A stretch of 64,000 nucleotides of DNA from Pedosphaera sp. (GTDB lineage Bacteria; Verrucomicrobiota; Verrucomicrobiia; Limisphaerales; SIBE01). The DNA is taken from positions 45-64,044 of the forward strand of contig SIBE01000001.1 of the NCBI GenBank assembly GCA_009695265.1, given 5' to 3'. Position numbers and translations under genes: made by a program. Positions 1 through 9,500 of the stretch are shown piece after piece. Below the pieces are notes generated by a model that saw only the letters and a program-made list of their open reading frames with translations, was not told where the DNA came from and searched no databases. Every line of letters starts with the position of its first letter. Position 1 is the first letter of the stretch.

Positions 1-1
1 A

Positions 2-1114
2 GAGAACCATCCGGAGGCACTTTCGTGGCTGGCTCGATCGCTCGAACGGCGTCCGGGAGACGCATTGACTCAGGAGGCCTATGCGACAACGTTGCTGGAA
101 ACCAATCAGATCGATCAGGCAATTCATCATTTCGAAACAGCGCGCCGACTGGGATTGAACTCCCCGGAATGCCTTTGCCGCCTTGGGACGGCGTACCTTT
201 CGAAGGGAAACCTCAAGGAAGGATTCGCTCTCTACGAGCAGCGGTTCAATATCAGCTTTTTCAACTCGAAGCGCGCCTTGCCAGCTTGTCCGATTCCGAT
301 CTGGAAAGGAGAGTCTCTCGCGGGAAAAACCATTCTCATCCTTCCTGAACAAGGCAAAGGAGACAACATCCAGTTCATCCGCTATTCGCAGCTTTTGGCC
401 CGCCAAGGCGCCAAGGTCTGGATGGCAGCAGACGCCTCCCTGCGATCGTTGTTTCAAACTGTTCCAAGCATCGACCGCGTCTTGAGCGCGGGAGACCATG
501 TCGTTACCGATTTCCTTTGTCCTCTCATGAGCCTGCCGAATCGATTTGGTACAACTCTGGATACGATCCCCGCCGCTGTGCCGTATCTTGCTCCACCTCA
601 CAAGGTGACGCTCCCAAGGCGTTCGAAGGGCACTCTCGGCATCGGATTGATTTGGAAGTCGAGCCCTCTGTTCGCTCAAGCTGCGCTTCGGGATATTTCC
701 ATCGACGCTCTGGGGTCGCTCTTCGCGGCACCAGGATGCACGTTCTACAGCCTTCAATATGGTTCGGCAGCCTCGGAGATCGAACCCTTTCTGGGACCCA
801 ACGTCATCGATTTAACGCCAACAATTTCGAGCTTCTCGGATACGGCTGCTTATCTCATGGAGATGGACTTGATCGTAACTGTCGATACGGCCGGCGCACA
901 CCTGGCCGGCGCGCTGGGGCGGACAGTGTGGACGTTCCTTCCGTTTGTCCCCGACTGGCGTTGGATGCTCGATACAACCACGACGCCGTGGTACCCGACC
1001 ATGCGCCTCTATCGCCAAACGGAGCTAGGAAATTGGAACGAGCCAATCACTCGCCTGAAGAAGGACTTCAACGATTTCCTTGCGCTCCGGCACTCATCAT
1101 CGTCGTCATCTTGA
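2..1114 (+). CDS. TPR-repeat / glycosyltransferase family 9-like protein (5' partial, runs off window start)
   Basis: The frame is open from nt 2, with no stop upstream of the listed TTG at 65, so the N-terminus lies outside the window. TPR-like helices (LGTAYLSKGNLKEGFALYEQ) are followed by GKTILILPEQGKGDNIQFIRY ... TVDTAGAHLAGALGRTVWTFLP. This resembles the C-terminal GT9/heptosyltransferase-like fold seen in TPR-GT proteins. Confidence 0.6.
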   Translation, partial: ENHPEALSWLARSLERRPGDALTQEAYATTLLETNQIDQAIHHFETARRLGLNSPECLCRLGTAYLSKGNLKEGFALYEQRFNISFFNSKRALPACPIPIWKGESLAGKTILILPEQGKGDNIQFIRYSQLLARQGAKVWMAADASLRSLFQTVPSIDRVLSAGDHVVTDFLCPLMSLPNRFGTTLDTIPAAVPYLAPPHKVTLPRRSKGTLGIGLIWKSSPLFAQAALRDISIDALGSLFAAPGCTFYSLQYGSAASEIEPFLGPNVIDLTPTISSFSDTAAYLMEMDLIVTVDTAGAHLAGALGRTVWTFLPFVPDWRWMLDTTTTPWYPTMRLYRQTELGNWNEPITRLKKDFNDFLALRHSSSSSS

Positions 1115-1141
1115 AAATAGCGGGCTGTTCCCGGTTTTGGA

Positions 1142-1870
1142 TCATTCCATCTCTCGACTCAGCACAGAATCCGGCTTGAAATCTTTGGCTCGATCGCGCG
1201 TCCCAAAGAGACCTGTTCCAATCCGGACCAGTGTCGCTCCTTCTTCAATGGCTACCTCAAAATCTCCACTCATTCCCATGCTCAATTGGGGGAGGGGAGC
1301 GCCGAGAACTCCCTCGCACTCTTTCTTCAACTCGCGCAGCCGGCGAAACACCGGCCGGACCTTTTCCGGTTCCGGCGTCCAGGGTGCAATCGTCATTAAT
1401 CCGTGAATCTCGATTTTTCGGAGCGTGTTAATCGCGGGGAGATGCGCGAGCAATTCTTCCGGTGAGAAACCGAACTTCGAGGCTTCGCCGACGACATTCA
1501 CCTCCAGCAAAACCGCCATGGTCTTGGCAGCTTTCTCCGCCGATTTGTTGATCTCTTGGGCGATTTCTAAGCTGTCCACGCTTTGGATCATTTCAAAGAA
1601 ATGGACGGCATCCCGGCACTTATTGGATTGCAGATGGCCGATCATGTGCCAGCGCAACTTGCTGGCGCAGCGGCCGATTTTTGCCTTCGCTTCCTGAATC
1701 CGATTTTCTCCAAAAACCATCAGCCCTAGCTCCGCTGCGGCTTGGATTTTTTCTGGAGGCTGGCCTTTGCTGACCGCCAATATCTGGACGGACGCCGCAT
1801 CGCGATGGGCGCGGCCGCAGGCGGCCTGAATACGGGTTTCCAATGCCTTCATGTTCGCGGCTAAATCCAT
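1142..1870 (-). CDS. yggS: YggS-family pyridoxal-phosphate homeostasis protein
   Basis: 242 aa. Has the LAVSKGQP PLP-lysine motif, FGENRIQEA, HMIGHLQSNK and LSMGMSGDFEVAIEEGATLVRIGTGLFG, which together are the canonical YggS/alanine-racemase-N fold signature. Confidence 0.9.
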   Translation of the reverse strand: MDLAANMKALETRIQAACGRAHRDAASVQILAVSKGQPPEKIQAAAELGLMVFGENRIQEAKAKIGRCASKLRWHMIGHLQSNKCRDAVHFFEMIQSVDSLEIAQEINKSAEKAAKTMAVLLEVNVVGEASKFGFSPEELLAHLPAINTLRKIEIHGLMTIAPWTPEPEKVRPVFRRLRELKKECEGVLGAPLPQLSMGMSGDFEVAIEEGATLVRIGTGLFGTRDRAKDFKPDSVLSREME

Positions 1871-1963
1871 GCTCTCTAAAATAGGGAAGAGACAGCGGAT
1901 GACAAGCCCGCGTCCAGCACTGCGGGAGATAATGAGTGGAAACTCATGAAGGTGGAGTGAATC

Positions 1964-3001
1964 TCAAGATTCATCCGCCGCCTGATTTGCCGATTCCAGT
2001 TTGATAGCGGCCCGTAGCCTGGCGAGTCCTTCTGCGATTGAAATCTTCGGGTTATAACCCAGGTCGCGGCGCGCCGCCTCCAGGTTGAACCAATGGGCGG
2101 TGGACATCTCCCGAACTACAAAGCGGGTGAGCCGGGGCTCCGCAGGGTTTTGTGTCAGGCGATGAGCGATTTCAAAACACACTGCGAACGCCATTGCGAG
2201 CCAGGTGGGAACGGACTTTTTGACGAGAGGAGCGTCTGCGGCTTCGAGCAACCGATTCACCATCTCCCACATCGGAACGGGTTCTCCTTGGGAAATGAAG
2301 TAGGCCTTCCCTGCCGGGGGCGACCGAGGTTCGAGGCGGTCCGCCGCGTTCATGTGAGCTTCAGCGGCGTTGTCCACGTACACGGCATCGATGAGGTTGG
2401 GGCGGGAGCCGATCCGGCGCAACTGCCCTGATCTCGCGCGGGACACGAGGCGGGGCAGAAGATGGTTGTCGCCCGGGCCCCAGATCAGATGGGGCCGGAG
2501 GCTTGTGGTGGCGAATCGATCGCCATTGGAGGCGAGCACCAACTGTTCTGCCAGCGCTTTTGTTCGCGGATAATGAGCCTCGTAGTGCGATGGATAGGGC
2601 ACGGATTCATCCACGCCTTCCATATCTTTACCACCGAACACAACGCTTGGAGAGCTGGTGTAGATGAGCCGTGGGACGCCCAGTTGGAGGCAGGCGTCGA
2701 TCAGGTTTTTGGTCCCCACCACGTTCGTCCGATGGTAATCCTCGTAGCGTCCCCACAAGCCTGGTTTGGCGGCCGCGTGGAAAATGAGATCGCAACCTCG
2801 AACGGCGAGTCCGACGGCTTTCGAATCCGCGATGTCGCCCAGGCATTGCTCGACGCCCAGCTCCTTCAACGCGGCGTGCTCTGTCCGTGAGAAACTGCGG
2901 GTCTCGATTCCACGTTGCAACAAACGGCGCACGATCGCCTGGCCCAGGAACCCGCCTCCGCCTGTCACGAGAGCGATCATTTCATTTTCCTGGCAGCCCA
3001 A
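1964..3001 (-). CDS. oleD: OleD: NAD(P)H-dependent 2-alkyl-3-ketoalkanoate reductase (3-beta-HSD/SDR extended family)
   Basis: 345 aa. Rossmann motif ALVTGGGGFLGQAIV, catalytic YPRTKALAE (YxxxK), 3-beta-hydroxysteroid-dehydrogenase-like. It is the last gene of an oleA-B-C-D order, and its start overlaps the oleC stop by 25 nt. Confidence 0.85.
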   Translation of the reverse strand: MGCQENEMIALVTGGGGFLGQAIVRRLLQRGIETRSFSRTEHAALKELGVEQCLGDIADSKAVGLAVRGCDLIFHAAAKPGLWGRYEDYHRTNVVGTKNLIDACLQLGVPRLIYTSSPSVVFGGKDMEGVDESVPYPSHYEAHYPRTKALAEQLVLASNGDRFATTSLRPHLIWGPGDNHLLPRLVSRARSGQLRRIGSRPNLIDAVYVDNAAEAHMNAADRLEPRSPPAGKAYFISQGEPVPMWEMVNRLLEAADAPLVKKSVPTWLAMAFAVCFEIAHRLTQNPAEPRLTRFVVREMSTAHWFNLEAARRDLGYNPKISIAEGLARLRAAIKLESANQAADES

Positions 3002-4656
3002 ACCGCAAGCTTTTCCCTGAAGATTTTTGCATTGTGTCGGATGTCCACAGGGAAGGCACCGTGAAACAGAAAAGTTTTGATATTCTCTGTGTGCGGGTAG
3101 GCTACAGCGATCCTCTGGAGCTCCTCAATGATTTTTCCCTTGGGACTTTTCTCTGCGGATAGTTCCAGTTCAACACAAATCACGGGGATGGTTTCACCGC
3201 TTCGACAAACACCGACCAAGGCGGTCCTGAATACTTGGGGATGAGTGTTAAAAACTGCTTCGCACGGAATGCTAAACAGAGTGCCATGGCTCGTGAGCAG
3301 ACGATGGGACTTGCGGCCGCAAAACCAGAGACGGCCTGCCGCGTCATAATAACCTAGATCGCCCATGCGGTGGTAGAACCCGCCATTCACCCGGTCTTGG
3401 ATTTTTGCGAGGTCTGTCGATCCTGCCATGTCGAAGTAGGAACGGGAGGCATGAAGGGCTTTGACCGCAATCTCCCCGATCTCCCCGATCCCGACCTCGA
3501 GCGTGTCGCTCCAATCGGGAATGGCTTCGTCTCGGATTTGGATGATACGGGCCTGCAAGCCTGCAACGGGTTTGCCGACGCAGACGCCCGATCCGCAGTC
3601 GGTCATCTCGGCGGTCTGGGAGAGTATTTCGTCACTGCCGATTGAAGCGACAGGAAGGCATTCAGTAGCACCGTAGGGCGTGAAAACCTGAGCGCTTTTA
3701 TCGAGCATTCTGGTGAATCGCGCGATCGTTCTGGCGGGGACCGGAGCTCCTGCTGAGATGACCCGGCGGAGGCTAGGGAGCCGGACCCCGTGCGCCTCTC
3801 CGTGGCGTCCGACGCGATTGACCAAGGCTGGGGAGCCAAACATGTTTGTGACTCGGAACTTTTGGATCGCGCTGATGATTTTAGTGGGGTCAACGTTTGC
3901 CGGCCTTGTGGGATCCATTTCAGGCACGACGGCTGTCATGCCCAGAGCGGGACCAAAGAGGGCAAACAATGGGAACGTCGCGAGATCGATCTCTCCTGGC
4001 TGGATTCCGTAGAGCGTCCGGATGTGGTGGACCTGGGCACCGAACATCTCGTGTGTGTAAACGGCCCCTTTCGGAATGCCGGTGCTGCCGCTGGTAAACA
4101 GGATGGCGGCCGTCTCTTGGGGGTGAGGTTGGACTGCGACGTGAAAGAGTTTAGCGGCTGGGACTGGTCTCATTAACTCGCGGAGCGTGTGGCCTCCCCA
4201 GAACCATCGGGCGCCTGCGGTTACCGTCACGCGCAGGGACTTTCGAGCCCACCCGAACAGCACCCTGGCCGTGTGTGCTTTGGGAATGCCGACAAAAGCT
4301 TCCGGCCGGGCTTGAGCGAGGCATCGGCCCAAGTTGCGAACACCGATGCCGGGATCAATCAGGACTGGCACGGCCCCCACCTTGAACAACGCGAAGGTGA
4401 GAGAAAAAAAATCCAAACTCGGCGGGACCATTAATGCCGTGTGAACTCCGCGGCGGATCCCGATTGCATCGAGCCCCGATGCGAGCTGGTTACTTAGGGT
4501 GTCCAGTTGCTTGAAGCTGAGCTGTTCATAGGCGGGTTCACCGTGCGGGCCCTTTCCTCTCGCGCAAATGACGGCGGCGCGATCCGGTTGAAGCGCCGCC
4601 ATCTCCGACAGGTGTTGGGCGATGTTTACGGGAATTCCACGACTTGCTTCAGGCAT
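2977..4656 (-). CDS. oleC: OleC: AMP-dependent synthetase/ligase family beta-lactone synthetase
   Basis: 559 aa. AMP-binding core ILFTSGSTGIPKGAVYTH, plus GYYDAAGRLWFCGRKSH in the C-terminal subdomain. Flanked by oleB and oleD with overlapping stop/start codons. Confidence 0.85.
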   Translation of the reverse strand: MPEASRGIPVNIAQHLSEMAALQPDRAAVICARGKGPHGEPAYEQLSFKQLDTLSNQLASGLDAIGIRRGVHTALMVPPSLDFFSLTFALFKVGAVPVLIDPGIGVRNLGRCLAQARPEAFVGIPKAHTARVLFGWARKSLRVTVTAGARWFWGGHTLRELMRPVPAAKLFHVAVQPHPQETAAILFTSGSTGIPKGAVYTHEMFGAQVHHIRTLYGIQPGEIDLATFPLFALFGPALGMTAVVPEMDPTRPANVDPTKIISAIQKFRVTNMFGSPALVNRVGRHGEAHGVRLPSLRRVISAGAPVPARTIARFTRMLDKSAQVFTPYGATECLPVASIGSDEILSQTAEMTDCGSGVCVGKPVAGLQARIIQIRDEAIPDWSDTLEVGIGEIGEIAVKALHASRSYFDMAGSTDLAKIQDRVNGGFYHRMGDLGYYDAAGRLWFCGRKSHRLLTSHGTLFSIPCEAVFNTHPQVFRTALVGVCRSGETIPVICVELELSAEKSPKGKIIEELQRIAVAYPHTENIKTFLFHGAFPVDIRHNAKIFREKLAVWAARKMK

Positions 4657-5542
4657 GGCTTGGATGTCGGACGAGGAACGATCTTATGAGGTCTAAGATC
4701 TCGACGCCCGCGTCTTCGAGAACATAATGGCCCGCGTTCGGGAAACGATGCACCTCAGCGTTGGGGAGCAGCCTCTCCCATTCCTCGAGGAAATGGTGAT
4801 CAAATACAAAATCCTTTTCCCCCCACAGAATGAGAGTGGGTGTGTTGCGGAAGCTCGGCAGTTTCGCTTGGATCTCGCTCACCAGATCGTAGCCGGGGTC
4901 CTCTGGCAGAAGAGGGATGTCTTTCACGAACCGCCAGATGCCGGTGCGGCTGCCAGCCGTTTTGTAAGGGGAAAGGTAACCTTCCCGAACGTGCGGTTCC
5001 ATTGGTTTGCACACGCACCAACGAGCCAAGACGCGCGGAAAGAGCGCTGTCTGCCGGATGATGAAATCGCCCAAAGGCGTGTTCCTGCAGAGCCACAGCG
5101 ACGCGGGGAGAGTCTTGGATTTTGGCAGATGAAATGCGGCGGTGTTCAGCAGAATGAGTTTTCCGATTTTCTCAGGGAAACGCGTGGCGTAGGCCATGCC
5201 GATCATGCCGCCCCAGTCGTGCATCACCAGCGTTATCCGGCCCTCGATCTCAAGCTGACTCAGAAGCTGAGCGATGTCGTCCACCCGCTGCCGCAGGGTG
5301 TAATCATATCTGTCCAGCGACGGTTTGTCCGAAAGGCCGCACCCGATATGGTCCGGGGCGATGACGCGGTAGTCGGCGCGCAAGCCTAGAACGAGGTTGC
5401 GATAGTAGAACGACCAGGTGGGGTTCCCATGAAGCAGCACCACCGACTCGCCCTTGCCTTCGTCGAGCAGGTGGATGTTGAATCCGTTGAGTTGCCGATG
5501 GATCCCGGTGAAGGGATAGAGGTCGTTTTGAAAATTTACCAT
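4649..5542 (-). CDS. oleB: OleB: alpha/beta-hydrolase (haloalkane-dehalogenase-like) beta-lactone decarboxylase
   Basis: 297 aa. VLLHGNPTWSFYYRNL, nucleophile-elbow LVMHDWGGMIGMAY (Asp nucleophile type) and a C-terminal GHYVLED His motif. Positioned between oleA and oleC. Confidence 0.85.
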   Translation of the reverse strand: MVNFQNDLYPFTGIHRQLNGFNIHLLDEGKGESVVLLHGNPTWSFYYRNLVLGLRADYRVIAPDHIGCGLSDKPSLDRYDYTLRQRVDDIAQLLSQLEIEGRITLVMHDWGGMIGMAYATRFPEKIGKLILLNTAAFHLPKSKTLPASLWLCRNTPLGDFIIRQTALFPRVLARWCVCKPMEPHVREGYLSPYKTAGSRTGIWRFVKDIPLLPEDPGYDLVSEIQAKLPSFRNTPTLILWGEKDFVFDHHFLEEWERLLPNAEVHRFPNAGHYVLEDAGVEILDLIRSFLVRHPSHA

Positions 5543-6585
5543 TCAAGTCCCACCATCAGGCACGTTAACCCGCTGCCGATTCCAAGGAAAGCGACCTTTT
5601 GTCCGTGTCGAAGAACACCGCGTTCCTCGGCAATCGCGGCTGTGGCTGGCAGCGCGGCAGTCCCCATATTGCCGAGGTACCGATAGGTCGTGTAGTCCTT
5701 TTCCTTGGGGATTCCGAGGGTCTTGAGGATTGCCTCCTGATGGCCGTGGCCGACTTGATGGCAGATGACGCGGTCGATATCGGCGGCAGTCCATCCCAAT
5801 TCCTTGAGAAAAACGTCCCAGGTTTGCTGTCCGAGTTTCACTCCGTTTTTCAGTACCGCAACCGAATCCGTGGCCATGAACTGGGTTTGGTTGCCATCGG
5901 GCAGGGTCTCGAGGCCCCATCGGCAGAGAGCGTGGTGTTCTGGAGCCACACGCGAGACGGCGCCGATAAGGCGGCTATTGAGCGGGTTTTCGTAAGAGCC
6001 GTCCGTCAACAGCATGGCCACGGCGCCCGAGCCTCCCGTGAAGGTGGCCAGACCTTCGACAAATGCCTCCATGCCATTTCCTGCGAGAAGGCGCGCGAGC
6101 ATCAATTCATTGATCTCCCGAGCGGTTTCGCAGGACACCACCAGACCCGCGCGGATCTGGCCAAGCTCGATGCGATTTGCTATATCGAGCATCGCGTTCA
6201 GGACTCCGAGGCACGCGTTGCTCAAGTCGTAAACTAACGCATTGCCCCTGACGCCGAGGGCGTCGGCGACGGCGCAGGCGGTTGCGGGCTCAAAATTCTC
6301 ACGGCAGACGCCGGCGTAGATCAGAACCCCCAGATCCGATGGATGAACCGTGGATTTTGAAAGCGCTTTGCGCGCCGCAGCCACGGCACCGACGGAGAGC
6401 CGCGCGTCGGGTTGCCACCATCGGCGCTCTTGGATTCCGGTCCACGCCTCGAGCTGGCCGTGTTGGAGGTTCAGCCTCGTGTAAACCGGACTTAGACGCT
6501 CCTCCAATTCCCGGGAGGTCACGACGACTGGGCCTAGCTCGTAGCCCATGGCGCTTAGATAAACGCGACTGTATTGAGTTGTCAT
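5536..6585 (-). CDS. oleA: OleA: FabH-like thiolase catalysing head-to-head Claisen condensation
   Basis: 349 aa KAS-III fold. Active-site Cys in YDLSNACLGVLNAM, a later HQVGHGH and NMGTAALP (His/Asn of the triad). It is the first gene of the oleABCD order and starts 7 nt after the stop of the pfaC-like gene. Confidence 0.85.
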   Translation of the reverse strand: MTTQYSRVYLSAMGYELGPVVVTSRELEERLSPVYTRLNLQHGQLEAWTGIQERRWWQPDARLSVGAVAAARKALSKSTVHPSDLGVLIYAGVCRENFEPATACAVADALGVRGNALVYDLSNACLGVLNAMLDIANRIELGQIRAGLVVSCETAREINELMLARLLAGNGMEAFVEGLATFTGGSGAVAMLLTDGSYENPLNSRLIGAVSRVAPEHHALCRWGLETLPDGNQTQFMATDSVAVLKNGVKLGQQTWDVFLKELGWTAADIDRVICHQVGHGHQEAILKTLGIPKEKDYTTYRYLGNMGTAALPATAAIAEERGVLRHGQKVAFLGIGSGLTCLMVGLEW

Positions 6586-6592
6586 TTTGTCA

Positions 6593-9500
6593 TCAACAAC
6601 AGCGCATTCGCAAGGTGAAGTCTTTCATTCCATAAATCAACCGTCCGTCCACTGAAAGGTAACCATCGGCGCGAAGCAAGCGTTGGTTGTCGTCCACTTC
6701 GGTAACGATCGCCTCAACAGTCACCAATTTGTTGCTCGGAACGACCTGCCCTCGGTAAACCCATTCGTGCCGTTTTGCAAGCGCGACAGCCTCGAATCTT
6801 TGGCTTGCGTCGCCTCCCCATCTTTCCTTGGCCGCAAACTTGAGCAGTTGCAGGAACGACTCCAGACCCAGCGAGCCCGGGACCACGGGATCCTGATAAA
6901 AATGTGCCTTGAAAAACCACTCCTCAGGACGGACCAGGCGCGTGGCGCGGATATAGCCCAACCCTTTCGGCCCCCCTTTCTCCACCCAGCATTCGATCCG
7001 GTCCAATAAACGCAGGCGTTTCCCAGGAAAAGGGGATGCCGCCGGAAAATTGAGCATCTTTCCTCCGCTCTGTTCCTCGGCGGAGGGAACATACCTGGTG
7101 GCGTCTTTGAGGCCCTCCTGTTTCTGGAGCGCGGTTTTTGGGAAAAACCCGAAATAGGTATCTCCTTTGTAAACCATCCCCTGCCTGGACGTGACCGAGT
7201 AGTCGAAGAATTGAATGATCATCCCAGCTGAGCTCGAGGCGCGCGTGAGTTTGACCCGCACGGTAAGTGTGCCGGTTTCAGCCGTGATGTTCTCAAACTG
7301 AGTCGCTGTTCCACCGAGATTCCGGAATGAAAGATCCTCCTCGCTGGTTAGAGCCGAGCCCATATAGCCCGCAAGCCAACCGCAGGGCTGCAAGGCGATT
7401 TCCAGCAGAACCGCGAACGGCATGTCGCGCTGACGGTTCTCCTCGAAATACCACGCGTCTGCCGGAATGTCATATTGAGTTTCAATTTCCGCGCCCGGCT
7501 CGATCTTCCACGGTTCGGCGCGAATCTCGGTCACCCTGTCGAGGAACTGATACGGCGGGCCCGGTAGCCGCGCAATCACCCGGTCGTTGTCGAAGATCCG
7601 GTAGTTCTCCCCAAATGCCTCGGAGGGCTTTCCGATTGCGAACGCGAGGATTCGATCGGAGTCGAAGATGGCTCGTTTCCGCGGCGGTTGCGCCGCCGTG
7701 GCCCAAAGACTTCTGAACGTCTCGATGGTTGCGCCCACGTAGCGCAAACTCATGTTGCTGATTTCAACGATCGGTTTGCCGTCCGCATACATCAGGGCGT
7801 CCGCGATCACAAACGGCTCGGGCCGGTAACCGATTTCCTTTATGGAAACCTCGTAGGTGACAGTTCGTGATGCGGCTGTGACCTGCCCGCGGCATTTCAA
7901 CTGGCTGGCGATTCCCGGGACGGGCTCGAGCGTGATCTGCCCTTCCTCAGAGACCCATCCGAGTCGCAACAGAAAAACACGCAGGGTATGCAGGCAACAC
8001 TCGAACATCAAGGTGCCCGGCATCACCTGATCGTCCACAAAATGGCACTTCAAGAACCAGTCGTCGGGTCGGATGACTGCTTCACCGCGAATAAGCCCGA
8101 GTCCGAAGCGTCCGCCCTTTGGGTCCAAGCGCGAAATGCTTTGGATCAGAGTCATGAGCCCCGATGGAATCGTGATCGGTTTCTTCAACGTGAGTCGATC
8201 GAACGGGGCTCCAAAACAGCCTGCGAGATCGCCTTGTCGCAAGAGGTCCAGTTGGTTGCTTGAATAGTGTTCGGACTTGATCTCGACAAATTCTTCCCAG
8301 TCGGATGCACGCTTTCCGGCGATGGGCTTGAGGTCCAGCGATGTTCGCACGATGCCTCGCCCTCCGGCCAGTTCCGCTGCTGAGAAAAATCCAGCGCAGC
8401 CCTCAGTCATGGACAGGAAGGGCATTCCGTCCACGGTGGCTTCAAAGCTAAACTTGAAGAGCCAGGTATCACTCTGGCGGAAAAATCGTTCGATGCGGAT
8501 GTCGTATCGGATGACATTGCCCGGTCCGGGCAAGTTGCGATGGAAACAAACTCTGGCGTCCAGCAACCGATAGACAGACCGCCCCCGCGTTTGGAAGTCG
8601 ATCCCGAGGTAGCCGGATAGAAAGAGGTCGGCCTGTCCTGCTTCGACCGCGATGCAGGTCGGAATCCGGTCGCAGTCCAGATACCAGGCTCCAGCATGAA
8701 TGTCGTGCTCCGTAACCACCCTTCCGTGAGTCATGGAGAGGGGGGTTCCGTGGATTTCGAGGATTCGATCCACAAGCATGAGTGGTTCGTCAGGGAGCCT
8801 GACGCGGGTCGGAAACGAATCGGCTTCCGCAAACGCCTGGCCCAGGACGTCTCCCACTCGACCGCGGCCAAACTCGAGACAGGCTGTTCTGTCGAGGGAT
8901 CGAGGTGCCTTGGGAGCGGACTCTGCGGTGGTGCGAAGCTCTTCTTGAACATGGACTGCAACGGGCTGTTCCTGTTCCTCTCTGAGTTTCTCGTTTGCGA
9001 GCGAACCGCCGAACTGTGGTTTCTCCAGCGGAAAAGTCCCCGAGAGCGCAGAAACCACGACCCCGGACTCGGACGCGATTTTCTCCAATTCGATCTGTCT
9101 TGTCAGGGCCTGAGCCAGTGAATCTGAGAGGTTGCTCGAGAATTCAAGGAACGCCGCGTGGGCCTGTGCGGTGGCTGTCTCAGCGTCCGAAAAGCGCCCG
9201 ATCATTGCCGTTCGGAACGCTTCCATGGAGGCGGGCGAAGGGTCGGTGAAGCTCGATAGCGGCGGCCTCACGGGCACGTCAAGCCCGTTCTGTTCGATCG
9301 GTATCGAGAGTCTGCCTTCCACACGGCGGTGTCGCGCGAGGGAGTTCGCAGGGACCACAAACGGCGCTCCCGACAGGGAAACCGTCACGGTTTTCACTGG
9401 CTTGACAGACTCGATATCGGCCGTTCCTCCAATAGCCGGAATGCCTGGATACAGAAAGTCCAGATCCAGCGGAGAACCCTCGACAAACGCGCCCGCGAGC